This document shows, in pieces, positions 1-12,489 of a stretch of DNA of 64,000 nucleotides (position 1 is the first letter of the stretch; every line of letters begins with the position of its first letter). The notes below the pieces were generated by a model. It saw only the letters and a list, made by a program, of their open reading frames with translations, ran no database searches and was not told where the DNA came from. The position numbers were made by a program, and so were the translations under genes. This DNA comes from Trichoplax adhaerens (Eukaryota; Animalia; Placozoa): contig NW_002060960.1 in NCBI RefSeq assembly GCF_000150275.1, positions 62,001 to 126,000 on the forward strand. The letters run 5' to 3'.

Positions 1-722
1 GCCGTGATTTTCATCCGAAATTTTATCATTTCAACGTAGCTTATCAGCAGTGCTATGATATATTATAAAATCAGAAGAGTTTAACTAACTATGCAAATCC
101 TACCTCAGTTAAACAAGACGATCTCTCGTTACGGTTTTAATAGGCATATACTAATGACATCCTAATTTATGCAAGTTACGCAAATTGACTTAATTAATAT
201 TATGATTTATAGCCTTAAATGTCAACTTTCTGCTTTTAAATTGCAATTTTAACTGTAGTAGATAGCAGCCATATTGCTATCCGTATTGCTGCACCTAGGG
301 AGACTTACTGTAAAATTCCAACTTTGTTTATAGTCGTAGGCTCATTGATATACAGTATCATAAAACTATCTCCCCTAGGATTATAATCTTCAAGAGTCGT
401 ATCCAAGCCTTGAATTCAGTATTTTATTACAATTTAAACGCTTTATTATATATTTTTTATTGCAGTACTTGCAATTGCATGTATGCAAATCATTGCACCA
501 ATTGATTAGATCGAATGCAATTACTGCTGCAATTCGTACACTGCCATTTTATCACGACTAGGATTTGATTCATTACCGAATTTGTTCCTGATAACAAATA
601 GTAACTTTTCTGCTACTTTTAAATTTACATTTTATCCATGTATTGCTTCTGGTGTTGTAAAGAGCTAAAACAATTTGGTTTTGTCGTAGGCACCTTCTAA
701 ATTGCGCCTTTCTACTAATAAA

Positions 723-3162
723 ATGAATATTATGATTCCACAAATGGCTGGAAAAGTGAAAATCGATAAATGGTGTTATACGGAAATGAAAGTAGATCGC
801 TATACTTACGTATGGAAAATAGAAAACTTTACTTACTGTCCGCTAAAGACGGGAGAATTCTTAAAAAGTTCAACTTTTGTAACTGCTAGCTCTGATAAGC
901 TACAATGGTAAGGAAAATAATTAGACTATCAAAATCAACCTCTAATTCATGTATGATAATTTCTGCCAACTACACTAGCAATATGTTAAAAGTGAATATC
1001 GTTAATAGTTTTTACTTGTCATGGCTGCTGCCTATTGCTTTGTAGGTGTATGAAAATTAACCCAAGAGGACTGGATGAAGATTGTAAAGAATACTTATCG
1101 ATTTACTTGGTATTGCTTAGTTGCAATAAGAAGGAGGTCAACGCTAAATTTAAATTTTCCATCTTGGATTCTAATGAAATGGAAAAACGATTGATGGGTA
1201 AGCTATTCCTCCTCGAACAGAATCAGCAAAAGACAAGTCTGTTTGGGGCAATGTCTCAATGCCATACAATTACTGTGAACGATAAAACTCAAATATGTGA
1301 AGAATTTTTATCATAATTCCATAGGCATACGTGGGCGATACAAAGATTTTAGTGGGTACAAATTTTAATTTTTTGTCTCAAATCCAGCAGCAATTTATTA
1401 AATCTATCATCAATTTTACATTCTTGTCGAGTTCCAGATTAATATCAGCAGTTTTCGGTTTTAGCTAGCTGGGCGAATAGTTATTACGAGCAAGATACGG
1501 CCGTTTTAGATATATTTATAATCTTAGATTTTGCTGAAAGCGTTTTAATCTTTACAACTTCGGAATAAGTTATTGCCTATAGTGTTTCCATAGCCGTTAA
1601 ATCACATTGACCAGTATTAGTTGCTAGTGGGAAATGAATGTTGCAATTATATTTTTCTAGCAACCAAAAATGAACTATTATTAAATTACGGTATGAAACT
1701 ATCATCTATGGCCTAAAACTTGTCTTATGAAACTTCCAATAGAAAGTCAACGTGCCTACAGTTTTATTCAAGGCAAAGATTGGGGATTTAAGAAATTTGT
1801 GCGCCGCGATATGCTGATGGATAAAACGAGTGGATTTTTAACAGATAACCGTCTAACACTCTGCTGTGAGGTATGTTGCTAGTAGGATATTGATATTTAA
1901 ACATAGTAGGCCTTTAATCTTGATTTATATCATCGTGAAGATAGCTCAGATGATTTAATCCTAATTTTTCTTTCTAGATCAATATTGTCTCAGATCCGAT
2001 CACTCATGATGGTCGATTTACGGCGCAAGAAACAAATGTACCTACTTGTACACTGTCTCAAGATATGGATCAGTTGTTTAAAACCAAAAAGTTTGCCGAC
2101 GTCACTTTTAACATCGGGAAGGATCACTTAAAGGCTCATAAAGCGATCTTATCAGGTAAAATACCCAACCTTTGACCGAGATGTCGCCATAAATTTACAG
2201 CATTATCATCTCGCTATTTACGTAGTTAATTGAGAGTAGTATAATCTGAAAATTTAAATCTTTTAGCTAAATACTATAGAGAACATAGTTAGGCATAGAA
2301 TTTATAAATATATGCGAATCATCTTTTTTGAGATTTACTCATTATTTCCAACATGATTGGTGGTAATAATATGAAAAAATGATCTGTTCAATGGCTTATC
2401 ATTTACAATAGCTAGATCGGCAGTATTTGATGCCATGTTTAAACATTCCATGGAGGAGCAGCATCAGGCACGTTGTAATGGTGATGACTAACATTTAGTC
2501 ATTTTATATAGCAAGAGAGAAGCCTAAAATATAACAATAATGAATTTTTGTAATTTAAAATTATTAACTCAGGGGATAGTAGATATTCCAGATATAGCAG
2601 CTGATGTATTTGAAGAAATGATCAAATATATTTACACTGGTAAAGAGCCATCTCGCATGGACGATTTGGCCTTGGAAATGCTAGCAGCAGCAGATAAAGT
2701 AATCATTATAGCTATAAAATGCAGCATGTTCAAAATTATTCGTATTTATAAACAATTTTTATATTGTTTTTGGTGACTACTTTAAAGTATGACCTACAAA
2801 GGCTGAAATCACTATGTGAAAACTCTATTTCAAATAATTTAATTGTTGATAATGCTGCCGAAGTACTGGTCATTGCTGACATGCATAATGCAGAAATACT
2901 GAAGAAAAATATATTAAAATTTATTAATAGGTAATTTACCTCTTAATTTCTTCTCAATTTCAATTTATAATAAAAAATCATGATAGCTTAGAGTATTATT
3001 TTTCTATTCTAATGTAGCTACGCCTTGGAAATAGTCGAGACTGAAGGTTACAAAAATCTGCTTAAGAATCATTCTCATTTAATCACGGATGCTTTCCGAA
3101 CTCTAGCGAGATCTACTGATAGTAATATCAATTCAGTTTCACGTAAAAAAAGGCGTATTTAA
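723..3162 (+). CDS. SPOP: Speckle-type POZ protein (MATH-BTB-BACK Cullin-3 adaptor), 8 coding exons
   Basis: Exons ~690/723-907, 1046-1197, 1743-1870, 1978-2155, 2412-2467, 2573-2698, 2788-2930 and 3018-3162 splice in frame. MATH motifs [29 protein letters not shown] and [26 protein letters not shown] motifs [18 protein letters not shown] and [24 protein letters not shown]-terminal NLS-like RKKRRI. The start may extend upstream of the acceptor at 689. Confidence 0.95.
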
Positions 3163-4631
3163 AATTGTATCTGAAGTCCTAACTATTTATAAAATGAATT
3201 ATGAAACTAATGATCGAAGCTAACTTGAAACCAATATATAATGTGTTTTTTCATTCTTTATATGAATAAATTAGTCTTTGATAGAGGTAACTACCGTAAA
3301 ACCTAATAACTGTAAAAGAAATAGACGGCATAAATACTATTTTGTTAACGGCAATTTACAATGATTTGTGCTTTGGAATCTTGTGGAAAATTATATATTG
3401 AAAGAGTTATAACCTAACAAAAAGGGAAACAATTTTACAAAATTCAAGCGTTTGTCAATAAAAGTGATAAATTATCAGAACAATTATACATATCGTTGTA
3501 GTACTCGTACGCTTATGGTTAGAGACTGAGAGACAGTAATAACTCATAATTTTTGCTAGCAAAAATAGCTTAAAAAAATTCTGTATCACAAACCAAAGTA
3601 TCCGGGATAATCCTTTGATTTGAGTAGAAATTAGAATGCAACCAACCTAATATTAGATCTGTTATAATGGATTGTTAAACTATATATTGTGCCTTCACAG
3701 TGACAAACGCACTATAATTTTTTTTAAACTCGTCCATTTTCACTTACATTGAATACAAGTTTGACCTTTTTATGCTTTAAATAACTGTTTTTTGCGTATA
3801 CATATTAGCAGTGTACCTCATCAGTTAACGATAACCCTTCGCAATCTAGCATGAAAGAATTAAATCCAGCACACGAAGCAAACAAACGTTAAGGCAATAT
3901 ACCCACAATTTTATACTCCGCTCGGAATGCTTCTAAAATGGTCATACTCCGATTGAAATTTAAACTACCTTAACAGCTTGTGTACTTAGGAGGAAGCAAT
4001 CTATTTTCTACTAAAACTCGTTGTGATACTGTCAGGAAGTGATTTTCATCTACTCATGGTTATCTTATTTTGGCTAAATAACAGCCTTTGTTATTTGTTG
4101 ATTACATCGTTATCAATGACTTTTTTCGTACTTTTATAGATAACTTCCTAGTTTTAACAGTATTATCTATGACCGATAATTGAATATAATTCATGATTAT
4201 GTATAGATTTACTATAAATATGCAGTTTTTTTAACCAAGAAGAACAACCGGAGATCATCAGTATTTAGGGTCGTACTGTATGTGGTCAGAGAGGACTAAC
4301 TGGACAGTAGGCTCGTAGACATGATGCTTGTTGGTTATATTTGCAAACTTTTTCGCGTAACAATTCTCGAATGTAACTGACAAATAGTAAGAGAATAGCC
4401 TAGTATTACAACGCTATGTTCGTCACTTAATGCGAGAAGTATTGAATTGAAAACAATATATCAGTTTTGATAGCTATATTGACAGCAGGTCATATGCAGA
4501 GTACTTATTATTACAGATTCGGTAGTTTATTGATTTTTCCATTAGCATAAATGATAAAAAGACAATTTGAAGTACTAAATCTTGCGAATAACGATACGAA
4601 ATTGACCTCAACGGATGCTCGTCATTAGTAA

Positions 4632-4669
4632 CTAGCATGTCAAAATCGAAGCCGCTGATTGCGGCTTCG
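4632..4669 (-). mobile_element. Helitron-like 3' terminus (non-autonomous remnant)
   Basis: The minus strand reads CGAAGCCGC-AATCA-GCGGCTTCG (perfect 9-bp GC-rich stem), an 11-nt spacer, then CTAG followed by T. This is the canonical hairpin + CTRR|T Helitron end. The 5' end was not identified. Confidence 0.55.
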
Positions 4670-6368
4670 CTGATTCAATCTGTAAACACTTTTTTTCTAC
4701 CGTAGAGTAGCAGTAAGCCATTTACCCTATTAACCGCTATCAGTCCTCAGTAAATCAAATCCATAGTCCAAGAATACTTAAACGCATATATTTATATCGA
4801 TAGGAAGATTGTGTATATCAAAGGTATGCATTACTAGATATCGAAATAATTCAGCCTGTACGATAAATTTGAATTTCATCTGAAGAATACCCGAAATGAT
4901 ATCGCATGATGTAGAAATTAAAAATTAGATTAACAATATAGATACACTAAGCATCAGATGATTATTATTAGAATAGAGGCCTAAACAATTAGATAATTAA
5001 GCTTCAGGATATTATAATTCGTTTTTGTATAGAATAATACTCATCAATTATGCCTAAAAAATATGAAGGTTTAGCTTGCAAATTCAATAGGAAGAAATAA
5101 ACGTCTTCGAATAGAGTCGAAATAAGTTTAATAATTAATGATTCCGGCATTAGTTCTACTTTTAAGTACTGATAGCTTAGACTACCATACAAATGGGTTC
5201 ATGTTAACATAACTTACCGGAAGATACCTAGTACGATAGAGGCATACTATATAGAACAGCTGTAGGCGTAATGACTTTTATGCTAGTTAATCATGCATTC
5301 AATGATGACCGAATTTATTTGTAAACATTTACAAAATGATTGCTAATTACAATTAGTAACATATTAGAAAAACACAATATTAAAAGTAGTATCTAGCCAA
5401 TCGTCTTACTTGCCTGTTGTATTTTAAAATCGTGACGGAGGAGTCCATCAAATTGCTTCCGACCAGAGCCATGTTGTTTAGTAAACATGCCTAAAGAAAA
5501 TAATTGTATTGTCCTGTAGCATAATACTCCCCCCCCCCCAGAAGGTCATTAAATTAAATTATATCTACAACTTAGCAAAAATAGTATAAACATATATTAC
5601 GGCAATATATAACCGTAGTCATGGATCAATGGAAAAGCTAATTGAAGCTTGAGCGAAATTGATTTTCATTTTTCTAATAAGTATAAAACTACAGCAATAG
5701 GTAGAAAAGTAACGCAAACTGTACACTTAACCTCATTTTGTGCACACTGTATTGCAAAGACAGGCAAGCACGTAAAATTTGTTAATATACACCAGTTTAG
5801 CGCCTTATCACCATTTCATTCGACTGTCTACAATCAAGCAGGTAAGTCTTATTTTACCTTTACCATCGAAAGCTTTAATGCAAGCACGATCTTTACTATT
5901 GACCTATATGATACAGTCAAACATATTCTTATTGTTACCAATATAGTAGCATTTGCTACAATTTACTACACTCATGTGGCCATTATGTGAGATTTAATGA
6001 ATTGAAAGAGCTATCTGGCTTAGGCTCATATGGAAATTTACCAGTAGCATAACGATTCTAGCTAAGAAAATGAATGTTGGATTTAAATCTTCGATAATTG
6101 TTTCTTCTATAAATCTGTTCTTGATGGAAATTAAGAGAGTAAATGATAGACGCGAGTATTTTGTGATGTACCTATAATAACATGATTAAGTGATGCACCT
6201 ATATGAAATTATGAGATATAGGAAACAATTTAATAATGTTAAAGTTCCGTTAGTGAACATTATGGTCTTGCTGCAGTATAATTTTTACCATTAATTTTAG
6301 ATTCTTACGTACCTTTTGCATTAACAAATTTTTCTGGTACGCCAAAGTCATTAGCAGGCAAGTAGAAG

Positions 6369-9300
6369 ATGGCAATAACTAATGAAAACATCAAACATCT
6401 CTGCATTGAAGATTGGGGGATCCATACGTAATATTAATCGATACAATATATATTGAATTATAATTATGCAAGTTTATTTACGTGTAGCAAAGCAAGCTTG
6501 CGGCTTATCTAAATTCTATACAAAAACTTTTTAATTCAATAAATGACTGTCTTTAGATGTTCCATGGAAGAAAACAGAATCGAAAACAGATGGATAGCAA
6601 CGAAGCGAATGGATAGGAAAGTTCCTAATAAGCATATATCTCTTTCTAATCCACAATCTGGAAATTTAAGAATAATTAATATTGCCAATAACCAGAAACA
6701 GAATTGTAAACTCGAGGTAAGAAATGAGCAGTATATACTTTACATTATTGCTACCGTAAAACAATTCAAGAAGGCATGTAACATTCAATAGATCATGGAC
6801 TATCAAACGCTACACATTATCCATCAATTGTCTCCTCCATTCCAATGGGTTCGAAATGTAAAAATCTCAGCAGATGGTGGCCTTGTAGCCGTAGAATACT
6901 ATACCAATTATCCGGCATCTTTCCGAGCAGTATGTGCTTTTCTTTTTTGTCATTTTTGTGATATTGCAAATATAGCAAAGCCTTTCACAAGCGAAGTTAA
7001 ATTTCATTTACGTAAATAAAGATGAGATAATTTGCACTATTTTCAATAAATCATCAAAAGTGAACCGGACATTAATTAGTTATTGACGCATTACTCCATT
7101 ACATCCTATAGGTAATCATATTCTATACATGAAATTTACTTGTAGTTGAAAATAATTCGTCGATTCATAGAATTAGAAATAAAAATTAGTTAAAATCTGT
7201 TCTTAATTCTGCAGTAGTAAATCTATACCACTCGAGATAGATCTTTCCCATATGCTGTATATACATGAAGTTGTAATACCCAGTATTTCTTCAATCTATA
7301 GAACAAAAGATGGATGATTTATAACCTTAATTTTAAGAAAGAATTATATTTTGTGGACAAAAGAAAAAAAAGAATGAATCATGTAACTTTTAAAAGCATG
7401 GAATTCTGTCCTAATGTCTTAAATAGCTGTAACTTTATTAGCCTATGCTATATAAACAAAGACATTAAGGTAGGCATTAAATGACTTAATTTTTAATAGC
7501 ACTTTAAGTTATAGTAGTAGTTTTACTTTGACTAATTCTATGATATTGGAAAAATAGCTTTGGAAAATTCAAGATAATCATATACAATGTACTGGCAAGG
7601 AGATATCCTTTGCATTTAAAGTAGAGTCCTATCGCTGGATGCAAAACGGAAGTAAAATACTATTATGGGGAAGAAAATACTATGTAGATTGTATGGGTAG
7701 ACCAGAAAAATTAAATACTATTCTTGAATGCCAAATACAGGTAAGCGGCCATATTCAAGCTCCGATATAAACCTATTTTATGTTCTACTCTGCAGCTTTA
7801 TTTTCTTTTATGACTATAATACCTTAAGATTTGGAATTTTGAAACTTGGCATAGATTGCGTTCCATGGAAGTTCCTAGCTACATCGTTAGACAACAACAG
7901 AACTTGTTTAAACCTTCCGGATATGTTAATAACGCCGGTGCATTGCATAATGTCAATTATATCGATAACGATTGTACAGTCTTAATTCTCGGATATAGCA
8001 AAATTATTGGTCTGATCAAAGTACCAGATAATGGTGTCGAGACTGTAAATTTAATCGAAGATTTTATGAACAGCTTTCAGCCAATTTTTAAAAAATCCAT
8101 GCCAGTTAACGATATTTCTATATCTGATGATCAGCAGTTTATTACTATCGATATTGATGATCGCAATGATGCTAAAGTAAGTTAATTAATTTTTGACATT
8201 TTACATCGATACGCTAACATCATCTTTTGATTAAAATGACTTATTTTTATTTTTATTTTATTTTTAGCATTATTTATTTATTTTATTTGCTCAAATGGCT
8301 AATTTGCGTGATGATATCTATACCTATTATAGGCATCGAAACTTGTAATCAGGATGTTATCAGGACAGCCCCAGTCTTATTTAATGTTAAAGCCTTCAAA
8401 TGGAAACAAACTTACAAAATACATTCCTGACAGTAGCCGCTTAATTATTTATGATTATGATCTTGAATATTGTATATATGAGTATAATTTAAAAGGTAAC
8501 ACTTTTTAATGTTTCTTAAAAGCATGCACTGTTTTTACTTCGATTATTAATTGCTTATCTCGGCTGTATATCTGCATTATTAGCTAATAATCTACGTTGG
8601 CAAACCATAAAAAATAAGGAAATAATTTATTTTAATGAAAAGAGAGAGATAATTCAGGAATTCGACGAAGAAATCTTAAGTACATGTTGTGCATTCATAA
8701 ATCATGATCCATTGATGATTCAGTTAATTCAAAAAGACGGCAAGAGTGAATTAAAAGTGAGCTAATGAGTTTATGTAACTGATGGCAGGATCCGTAGAAT
8801 GTCAATCTAATATAGAGATTATTGGTATTTGCAGGTTTACAATTATAAGGAGGACCAGCAATCAACAAAAGTATTTTGTTACTCTTTAGACGAGCCTTAT
8901 GATCGATGCTTTACTTATAATAACCTACAGTCTGCTGTGGTTATCCGCACCTATTTAGAAGATTGCAAGCGTTCATTGAAGTACAAGAATGTTTCTATCG
9001 CAGAAGTAAGCCTGATTGAACTCTTATGGAAATGAATGCTAACTGGCTTACAATAAACAGTTCAATAAATCCTCTCGATATGATATAAAGATAAGATCTA
9101 CAGATGCTAATGAAAATATGTGAAATTTCTTGTACCTTATTATCTAATTTATGATAATTAATCCTGATTGAAGTATAATTCATTGCAAAACAAATTTATA
9201 TCTAGTAATAAATTATCAATACAAGATCAATTTACTATGAAGTTTTCATGAATTATTTTACCTGTATATTTATCACTTAATAACAGAAGCCTAACCTTCT

Positions 9301-10682
9301 GAATATGAGAGACAGCGAAAAGTGCAAAGAACTACTAAGATATGATACAGAACCAGAAGTTACTTGTGTAACTGTTACCGGATCGAAATACCGAGAAAAA
9401 GACAACACTTTAATTTTTGTCATGAATGTTAAGGTAGGGAAAATTTTATCTCTTTAGAAGACTGCAATCAAATCTTAGCTCTAAACAAGTCTCATTTAGG
9501 CATATTTTATTTCAAATATAAAATTATCATCTATTCAGCACTCTGTTAGTTGTGGCATCCTGGTAGCAGCTATTAACCTATGTGATGGTGCAAAGACGAT
9601 CTATGAAGACAAATATGCATACTCACAAATTAGACCTATCTACTTTGATGACAATTATCTTATTACCAATCAACAGAAAGTAAACTCGAATGATTACTGC
9701 ATTATGGTAATAAAGCAATGTATATTCTTACATTTCCTTTAATTAAGTTAGAAATACAACCAATACTCATTTTAAAAGTTTGAGGTTAAACTGTTCTGTT
9801 ATCTGATTTTTAATTTTATTTCTAATGCCTGATGTATTTCAATGAAGACAATTCGCTTCAACTATCTTGAAATTTAACTTGCTTAAACAGCTTGTTTGGA
9901 TTTAAGTCTTATAAACTAGGAAATAGCAAAGCACAAATACTGAACAAAGAAGAATTTAATTATCATAGGGATAGAGGATTAGCATGTAAAGTAAATCTAC
10001 CTGGAAAATACTGCATTGATTCTCTTAAGATTAAATGCTCGTCATTGAAAATCAAAGAAGATTTAGTACACGAAATATGGAAAGATGAGGATGCAAAAAT
10101 ATTTCTTGTAAGTTACAGTTTTCTCATACAACACCAATCTTTTAATGAAAGTTTTTAAATATTTAATTCAAATGCTGACAATGTAGAAATTCTAATGACA
10201 TTTTGTCTACTCTTGAATGCTGCATTAAAGACCAACTCTTCTAGTCCGTATTCTTTCTGCATCTTCATATTCGAAATAGGAGATCACGTAACGGTAAAAA
10301 TAATACACTATTAACCAATTACATTAAATAGCTCAAAAGACTGTTTAAACTGTTATAAATTATTCATTTAATGCGATGCTAGGTATTTGATCAGAATTAT
10401 AGAATTTTAAGGAAAAGCTGCAAGAATCGTGCCATAAATCTTGAATTTGATTCTCGGATTTTAAACTTTGAGGAACTGTCATCGGAAAATTTATTTCTTA
10501 CGTTTAATATTAATAACTCTAACATTTATATTTATGAATTGAATACCCTTCAATTGATTCACAAAATATCATTTCCTTACTTTATTGTGCAACATACAAA
10601 ATGGAATCCTCAGCAGTCCTCATTTATTCTTTCTGATGGTGAACAGCGATATAATATATTTAAAAAAATTAAGCAAGATTAA
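6369..10682 (+). CDS. Divergent WD40-like beta-propeller protein, ~790 aa, 13 coding exons
   Basis: Exons ~6369-6427, 6557-6716, 6792-6929, 7302-7469, 7558-7740, 7829-8177, 8333-8495, 8584-8756, 8835-9005, 9287-9433, 9539-9706, 9907-10107 and 10383-10682 join in frame with GT-AG sites. WD40-type segments: VRNVKISADGGLVAV, DIKLWKI, IQIWNFETW, VNDISISDDQQFI, NIYIYELNT and HTKWNPQQS. Confidence 0.7.
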
Positions 10683-11062
10683 AATTTGACCTATTATTTG
10701 CTTCTTATATAATTAAAATTTATCAGAATTATAGTTAGAGGGATTTCTTGATAATGGTATTTGATTGTCTTGATGATTCCGTACTTTACTACAGATAAGA
10801 TTTTATTCATAGTAAATCAAGCTACTTTGTAATATAAAGTTGTCATTGTGCGTCATTTATCATCTATAGGCATTAAACTATTTGGAACGAATGATAAATA
10901 GTCTGCATACGTATTGAAGTTACATTGATGATTTGATAGTTCTGGTAGACTGTTTTTTATCAATTTTCGAGACTTAGCTCATGTTCTCCTTTGCATACAG
11001 CATACTGTCACCCTGACCTTAATAAATATTACACTTCAGTCTCGATATATATGAACGAAGAC

Positions 11063-11100
11063 ATTTTGCAAAATGACCGATTTCGCATCCGGTCTAGTTC
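11063..11100 (+). repeat. Dispersed hairpin-containing repeat, copy 1 (copy 2 at ~50848-50884)
   Basis: TTTGCAAAATGACCGATTTCGCATCCGGTCTAGTTC versus TTTGCAAAATGACCGACTTCGCATACGGTCACGTTC about 40 kb away. The GACCG..CGGTC stem is kept in both. Confidence 0.7.
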
Positions 11101-12489
11101 GTATACATCAGCATAACTTCTTAAAATAATGGAAATAATGGTAAAATTGAAATATTATGATATTTATGTCCGATAGGGTGATGTTAGCAGATATTATTAT
11201 TCAGTCTCGATATGTGCGCTTGCATAAAAGAAGTATCGGACGTTTTCTGAAACTATGGAAATAATAATAAATATTCGGATTGTAATGCTCTCTTCTAAAA
11301 TACTGTCCTTCTTCTTTTTACATAATAAATAACCTTCCTTGGAAATCCAGTATAGTAGTGTTTATTACATACAGTAAATAGGGTTGCGAAGTATTAGATA
11401 AAATGGAAATAGACAACCAGTAACAGATCACTGCTTCTATATCTGTTTCCTTTTCTTAATCTTCTATCTCATATATCTACGTTATTTATATCGATTTCAA
11501 AATAACAACTCATAAACTCTCATAATCCAGTAAATGTTTCTCTTCATACTAGTCATCTAAAATTGAGCTAAGATTTCTATACATATTAATTATGAAATTT
11601 CCCGTACTAGCTCATCTAATTTCTTAGAAATAGTTGCTACATGACGATGTCATTGCAAGATAGCCATCATTAGCCTATCATAACTAAATGTTAGTCAGGC
11701 ATTAAAATAATCTATCATCAGTTCATTAATACATTCACACTCGCACATAATTTCCATTATCACCTAATAATAGTGAGTCTCATATTCATTTGCCACGTCT
11801 AGTTAGAAATAATTTAATAAAATTATTGAATTCATCACAGATATGAAGTGACCAGACTACAGAGATGTAATATGATATTGATATATCATCATAATATAAT
11901 AATCAGTCTTAACATACATCAAAATTTGATCAACTAGTTTTAATTATTTTTATAGATCTCAAGATTTTCTTAAACATCGTAATTTATGGAATCAGCAGAA
12001 TAAAGTACAAACTTAGATAGAATGCGGTGAATTTCAGATATAAATAGAAATGATACCGATCGATAATGCGAATTTTTCTGACACAGTACATAATTTATTT
12101 ACTTTCTTTATTATCTTATTGCTGGTAGGTTGTATTGTTAAGCTATAAATATGCAGTCAGAGTTTACTTACTAAATCTGATCACAAATACAATTCTGTCA
12201 ATATACGCTAAGAATCATCTACGATTAAGATCAAGTGCGGTGTATCATAAGCAATTAACTTTTAATATTGTCATCGAGCCCATTCTAATTGTATATTGCC
12301 TTATATAAATCGACTAAACATTAATGTAGCAACACCATAAAGTAACTCTCATTTCCAGCCAGAAATAGAGTAGAGCATCGTACTTAATGAATACAAAAAA
12401 TCTAACGAAAGATAGCGCGTGCGGATAATTTTAGTGGCTAAATCTACAGTAATGGCTTCTAAGCGCAATATCACTAAGCTCTTTTTAGA

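Noticed and set aside
4647-4700. Hairpin followed by a T-run, read as a bacterial rho-independent terminator
   Set aside because: The T-run is ~20 nt from the stem and the context is eukaryotic; the Helitron-end geometry on the other strand fits better.
5004-5990. Short ORFs 5004-5192 (-) and 5649-5990 (+), and a C11 run at ~5529
   Set aside because: No recognisable motifs. The donor at ~5842 suggests at most a 5' UTR exon of the WD40 gene, and the homopolymer is uninformative.
10280-10293. Possible micro-exon in the WD40 gene
   Set aside because: The flanking exons already join in phase 0; inclusion gives a stop or a frameshift.
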